Assembly: GCA_001661245.1 (NCBI GenBank)
Contig: KV454011.1
Span: forward strand, 62,001 to 126,000
Length of the DNA: 64,000 nt
Direction: 5' to 3'
Origin: Pachysolen tannophilus NRRL Y-2460
Lineage: Eukaryota
Every line of letters starts with the position of its first letter. Position 1 is the stretch's first letter. The notes under the pieces are model-generated. The model did not search any database. It was not told where the DNA came from and worked only from the letters and a program-made list of their open reading frames with translations. The translations under genes were made by a program, and so were the position numbers. Shown here in pieces: positions 59,399-64,000 of the stretch.

Positions 59399-61108
59399 AT
59401 GTCTCCTCCTAGTGAGAATGGTGAAGGGACATTTTTTCAAAATGTTCAACATTCGATAAACAGTTTTATATATTCTGTGACTACTAAGGATCATTATGCA
59501 TCGTTTGATTCTCCATTTAGAGATCAAAGAAATGGGCGTCGTAGTAATAATGATAATAATGGTAATGGTAGTCATGGTAGGTTAGATGGGTTAGGATCTC
59601 CAATGATTAATAACAATAATAACAATAAGAATTCAAGTACTGCTTCTTTAGCAAATAATAATTCGAACAGATCATCGATTTCAAATAATAATAATAATAA
59701 TCCAGTACAATATGTTCCTGGGTTAAGATCACAATTACAAAATAATGTTAGTGGAGATGTTCAATTACAAGATTATATTGACGGACAGCCTCCGTTGCCT
59801 TCTATTGAATCTATTTGGGAAAGATTGGATAATTTTTTAGAAAGAGAATATCCTGAATTGGCTGATAATTTAGGAGATTCTGTTACTGCTGCAGATTTAA
59901 ATGAATTAGAAAATGATTTAGGGGTATCCTTGCCATTAGATGTAAGGGAAAGTTATCAAATTCATGATGGACAATTTAGAGGCGGTAAGCCAAGTGGCTG
60001 TATCATGGGGCTTACATTATTGGATTTAGAAGGGATTTCTGAAGAAGCAAATATTTGGAAAAAAGTTTCTCAAAAATTGGAGAGACAAGTTGCTTTACAT
60101 CAACAGCGACTCGAAGCGCAACTGCAGTTATTCCAACCTCATCACCTGCCACAACATCTGCCACTGCTGCATCTGTCACAACATCTTTTCGATGAAACTG
60201 AATCTATTGGCTCATCGTCAAACATTAAGCATTTACCATTAAATAAAAGACCAATAGATTTCATGTCAAGACAAAGTTCTGTTCCTGAAGGTTATATCCA
60301 ACCTGTATATTCTCATTCACATTGGATTCCTTTAGCAAAAGATTTTGCTGGTAACAATATTGCAGTGGATTTAGCCCCAGGACCTCTTGGAAGATGGGGA
60401 CAAATTATTATATTTGGTAGAGATTTTGATACAAAATTTGTAGTTGCTAATAATTGGACTGAATTTTTATTGGATTTAGTTGAAGATTACGAAGATGGTA
60501 AATTTTTGATAGATTCATTGGATGAAGATATTTTTTATTATGAAAATGGTAGAACTGCAAATTATTTGGATGTATTAGCTCGTAGAGTCTTGGCACCATT
60601 AAAACTGGCAAATGCTAAAAAATATCAACAAAATCAAAATCAAAAAAGAAAACAATTCATTGGTAAGGAAAATGATAATTTAAACTTACCTAAGGAAACA
60701 TTAATTACACCAGCTGCATCTTCAAAAGAACAATTGATTCCAGATCTGAAATTGGATACCAATCAAGGATTAAAAATAAATTTAAAAATTGAAGATGAAC
60801 CTGAGACAGAAGAATCTCAAGTCTTACTTACAGATGTTGATAAAAAAAATGATAATAATATTAAAGAATCAATTGTAAGTTTGGATGATGATGATGATAA
60901 TAATGATACCAATATTTCAAAACAAGATGTTGACACAAATAACACAAATACACAAACAAAAAAAGAGCAAGAACATTTAAAGGATATTGAGTTACAAAAT
61001 GAAGAGAAAAGACAAGAAGAGCTTGAAGAACAAGAACAAGAACAAGAACAAGGTACTGATGAAACCGTTAAATTAGTTTCTGAAAAATTAGAAGAGGTTG
61101 CCTTATAG
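59399..61108 (+). CDS. SMI1: Cell wall assembly regulator Smi1/Knr4
   Basis: TTKDHYASF, ELENDLGVSLP..VRES..IHDGQ, WIPLAKDFAGNNIAVDLAPGP.GRWGQIIIFGRDFDTK, acidic tail ending EEVAL. Confidence 0.94.
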   Translation: MSPPSENGEGTFFQNVQHSINSFIYSVTTKDHYASFDSPFRDQRNGRRSNNDNNGNGSHGRLDGLGSPMINNNNNNKNSSTASLANNNSNRSSISNNNNNNPVQYVPGLRSQLQNNVSGDVQLQDYIDGQPPLPSIESIWERLDNFLEREYPELADNLGDSVTAADLNELENDLGVSLPLDVRESYQIHDGQFRGGKPSGCIMGLTLLDLEGISEEANIWKKVSQKLERQVALHQQRLEAQLQLFQPHHLPQHLPLLHLSQHLFDETESIGSSSNIKHLPLNKRPIDFMSRQSSVPEGYIQPVYSHSHWIPLAKDFAGNNIAVDLAPGPLGRWGQIIIFGRDFDTKFVVANNWTEFLLDLVEDYEDGKFLIDSLDEDIFYYENGRTANYLDVLARRVLAPLKLANAKKYQQNQNQKRKQFIGKENDNLNLPKETLITPAASSKEQLIPDLKLDTNQGLKINLKIEDEPETEESQVLLTDVDKKNDNNIKESIVSLDDDDDNNDTNISKQDVDTNNTNTQTKKEQEHLKDIELQNEEKRQEELEEQEQEQEQGTDETVKLVSEKLEEVAL

Positions 61109-61795
61109 AAAGAGAGAGAAAATTATTGAATAAGAAGAGATTTTGTTTCACAAAATGCGAGCTCAGGTATAGGGATGGTCAAACTTGAAATTTGTTTTTT
61201 CTTAGCGTTTTTTAAACATTTTCCTTGACATTTTTTTTTCTTTTTTATTTTTTTTTTTTTGGCCTTCTTTTCCTTATCATATTTTTTATGTTTTTTTTTT
61301 TTTTTTTTTTATTTGAAAACTTTATTTATTAACTTTTATACTTTGATTATTATTAACTTTCTTTTATTTTTATTATTATTATTATTATTATTATTCTTGT
61401 CTTTCTTTTTTTTTTTTCTTTGTCGTTGTTGTTGTTGTTGTTGTTCTTTTTTCTTTTATTTTCTCACGTATACGCTATTTGTTTCTTTTCTATACATTTT
61501 TTTCTTCTTATATTCTTCATTCATTAAACTCTGTATTAACCTTTTCTTCATATCTCCTTTTATAAATCATCTAATTAGTTAGTTAGTTAGTTAGTTTATA
61601 TTAATAGAAAAATACAAATTGCGGTGCGCATTATTAAAATTTAAAAAAGGGTGCGCATTTTGTGTGCAATCAGCGCGCGCGCTTTTAACATTTTGTTTTT
61701 TGCACAAAGATCTGAAAAGGTAAATAAAAAACCCACAATTGGGAACTACAATCAATATCTAATATCATCTAAATTAAATTTTAAGAGCGTTTGTG

Positions 61796-62608
61796 ATGTC
61801 TTCGGAATGGGATCATGGCCATCATGCAGGTAGTTATCATGATGATTCAGCAGAAGGGTATATGGATAATAGCGCCATTAGTGGTAATGATTTGACGATG
61901 AATGGAAATAATTTTGCAAGTTATGGAGATGAAGATGATGATATAGATGACGCCGATGTAGGAGGAGGAGAAGAAGAAGAAGAAGAAGAGGAAGAAGAAG
62001 AAGAAGGAGATGATGATATAAACAGAAGCAACAATGAGGAGTTTATGAAAGGTTTACGAGAGATTGAGACTATGGGATTGGTTGATATTGGTAATTTAGC
62101 ATCTTGGACTGTATCTTCATTTAAACAAGGTTCTGGAATTCTGGAATTACGTGATGATAATCCTGCAACTTATTGGCAAAGTGATGGGTCTCAACCACAT
62201 AGTGTTGCTTTACATTTTGCGAAAAGAGTATCTATTGAAAGAATCTCAATATATACAAATTATTTATTAGATGAAAGTTATACTCCCTTGGTGATGAATG
62301 TTACAGCAGGCACTGGAGACCATGATCTATTAGAAGTTGCTAGCTGTGAATTAAAAGAACCTGTAGGCTGGTCACATATAATTTTTAACGGAATTAGAAA
62401 TGATGGTGTATTGAAAACTTTCTTAATAAAAATTGTAATCATGGCAAATCATCAAAATGGTAAAGACACACACATAAGGTGCTTGAAAATTTACCAACCA
62501 AGTAACTCAACTGTTAATAAGAATTCATTCCTGAACCAAGACCTTAATAGTGGCCTAGGCTTGAATTTTAAAAGTATCAAAATGTTAAGTGAATCAACCA
62601 TAAGGTAA
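61796..62608 (+). CDS. DOC1: Anaphase-promoting complex subunit Doc1/Apc10
   Basis: LASWTVSSFKQG, TYWQSDGSQPH, DESYTP, NHQNGKDTH, C-terminal IR tail. ATG at 61796. Confidence 0.94.
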   Translation: MSSEWDHGHHAGSYHDDSAEGYMDNSAISGNDLTMNGNNFASYGDEDDDIDDADVGGGEEEEEEEEEEEEGDDDINRSNNEEFMKGLREIETMGLVDIGNLASWTVSSFKQGSGILELRDDNPATYWQSDGSQPHSVALHFAKRVSIERISIYTNYLLDESYTPLVMNVTAGTGDHDLLEVASCELKEPVGWSHIIFNGIRNDGVLKTFLIKIVIMANHQNGKDTHIRCLKIYQPSNSTVNKNSFLNQDLNSGLGLNFKSIKMLSESTIR

Positions 62609-62633
62609 CTTCCAGTTTCCAACTTCCTACTAT

Positions 62634-62670
62634 GTGTTCCGAAAACGGCCAAATTGTGGTTTCGGAACAC
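62634..62670. repeat. Perfect 11-bp inverted repeat with a 15-nt spacer
   Basis: GTGTTCCGAAA (62634-62644) and TTTCGGAACAC (62660-62670). Confidence 0.85.
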
Positions 62671-63039
62671 TACTGTTTTGTGTGGATTTTTTTTTTTAAG
62701 AAAAAAAAATTGTTTTCAAAAAAATTTATTGGAATTTTGAAAAATTTTGAGTGTAAAACAAGTGCAAAACAAGAAATTATTTAATATTATATATATATTT
62801 GATCTCATTGAAATAAATTAATTGGAAATTTATTTGGAGTTTAAACTCGATTTAAGCAATTTAATGGATTAAATTGTTTCCAGATAACTCATTCATTTTG
62901 GTTGTTTGTGCAAAATAGTTGTAAATTAGTTTGTTTGTTTGTTTGTTTTTTTTTTAAAAAAAAGTAAATAAATAAAATAAAATAAAATAAAAATAAAATA
63001 AAATAAATAGAAAAGTTCAAATTTTAAAATTTGGTTTCC

Positions 63040-64000
63040 ATGTCGCAACAAGATATAGCTAATTTACTAGATCAATCCATCAATTCATCAACAGCAAAGA
63101 TTGCTGAGAATGGGTTGCGGCAGCTTGAAGGCCAGCCCGGTTTTGCACTCAATTTGTTGGAAGTTGTTGCATCTTCTTCATTACCAATAACAACAAGATT
63201 AGCTGGATCACTTTTTTTCAAAAATTTTATTAAGAGGAAATTTATTGATGAAGATGGTAATTATAAGATTCCTTTAGGAGATGTTGACTTGTTGAAAAAA
63301 AATATTATATCATTAATGATACTGTTACCAAATAATTTACAAGTACAAGTTGGTGAAGCTGTATCAATTATTGCAGATTCTGATTTTCCAGATAGATGGC
63401 CAGATTTATTAGATGATTTGGTAGGAAAATTATCTACCGAGGATATGGTAACTAATAAGGGAGTCTTAACAGTGGCGCATTCAATTTTTAAAAGATGGAG
63501 ACCTTTATTTGGATCGGATGAATTATTTTCAGAAATTAAATTGGTATTAGATAAATTTGCTCAACCTTTTTTAAAATTATTACTTCAAGTTGACCTGTTA
63601 ATTGATAATAATCAACAAAATAAAAAACAATTACAAGAATTATTTGATGTTTTATTATTGTTAATTAAGATTTATTATGATTTAAATTGTCAAGATATTC
63701 CTGAATTTTTTGAAGATAATTTAAAAATTGGAATGTCTATAATGCATAAATATTTAAGTTATTCCAATACATTATTAGAAGATATAAATGATGAACAAGA
63801 AATTGATATCAATACAAAAGTTAAAACTTCAATATGTGAATTGGTTCAACTTTATACTAGAAGATATGAAGATGTATTTGGAGATTTAATTCAACAATTT
63901 ATTCAACCAATTTGGGATCTTTTAACAAATATTGGACCTCAACCAAAATATGATATCTTGGTATCAAAATCACTTTCATTTTTAACTTCTGTTGCCAAAA
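63040..64000 (+). CDS. CSE1: Importin-alpha export receptor Cse1 (exportin-2); 5' part only
   Basis: MSQQDIANLLDQS...TRLAGSLFFKNFIKRK...LPNNLQVQVGEAVSIIADSDFPDRWP...AHSIFKRWRPLF...QDIPEFFEDN; open to the window end, so absent from the ORF track. Confidence 0.95.
   Translation, partial: MSQQDIANLLDQSINSSTAKIAENGLRQLEGQPGFALNLLEVVASSSLPITTRLAGSLFFKNFIKRKFIDEDGNYKIPLGDVDLLKKNIISLMILLPNNLQVQVGEAVSIIADSDFPDRWPDLLDDLVGKLSTEDMVTNKGVLTVAHSIFKRWRPLFGSDELFSEIKLVLDKFAQPFLKLLLQVDLLIDNNQQNKKQLQELFDVLLLLIKIYYDLNCQDIPEFFEDNLKIGMSIMHKYLSYSNTLLEDINDEQEIDINTKVKTSICELVQLYTRRYEDVFGDLIQQFIQPIWDLLTNIGPQPKYDILVSKSLSFLTSVAK

Noticed and set aside
1..64000. CUG-Ser (Candida-type) or standard CUG-Leu decoding
   Set aside because: The most diagnostic CTG positions (Rpt5, Cit1, Rib1, Apl5, Ade5,7, Mae1) align with Ala; only isolated sites fit Ser or Leu.

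Overview
Very AT-rich, gene-dense nuclear DNA from a budding yeast (Saccharomycotina). It holds about 27 protein-coding genes, mostly conserved: RPN6, SDH6, MAE1, BCP1, CDC40/PRP17, RPT5, APN2, PEA2-like, APL5, SPT15, RIB1, CIT1, ROD1/ROG3-like, TLG2, TOS7-like, FAB1, DMO2, ADE4, CMR1, APL2, FOL3, an orphan C2H2 zinc-finger gene, STE7, DHH1, ADE5,7, a mitochondrial carrier, SMI1/KNR4, DOC1/APC10 and CSE1. The main signal is a non-standard nuclear genetic code. CTG codons repeatedly sit where homologues have alanine, which points to the CUG-Ala yeast clade (Pachysolen/Nakazawaea/Peterozyma), so the supplied ORF track mistranslates every CTG. The track also misses the spliced SDH6 gene, two 5' exons of CIT1, the 3' part of RPN6 (two homopolymer frameshifts) and CSE1. 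There are two N gaps, one flanked by a ~555 bp duplication that is probably an assembly artefact. Several GC-containing motifs recur in the intergenic DNA. I recognised no tRNA, rRNA, transposon or CRISPR array. Homologue sequences quoted are from memory and should be confirmed by alignment.
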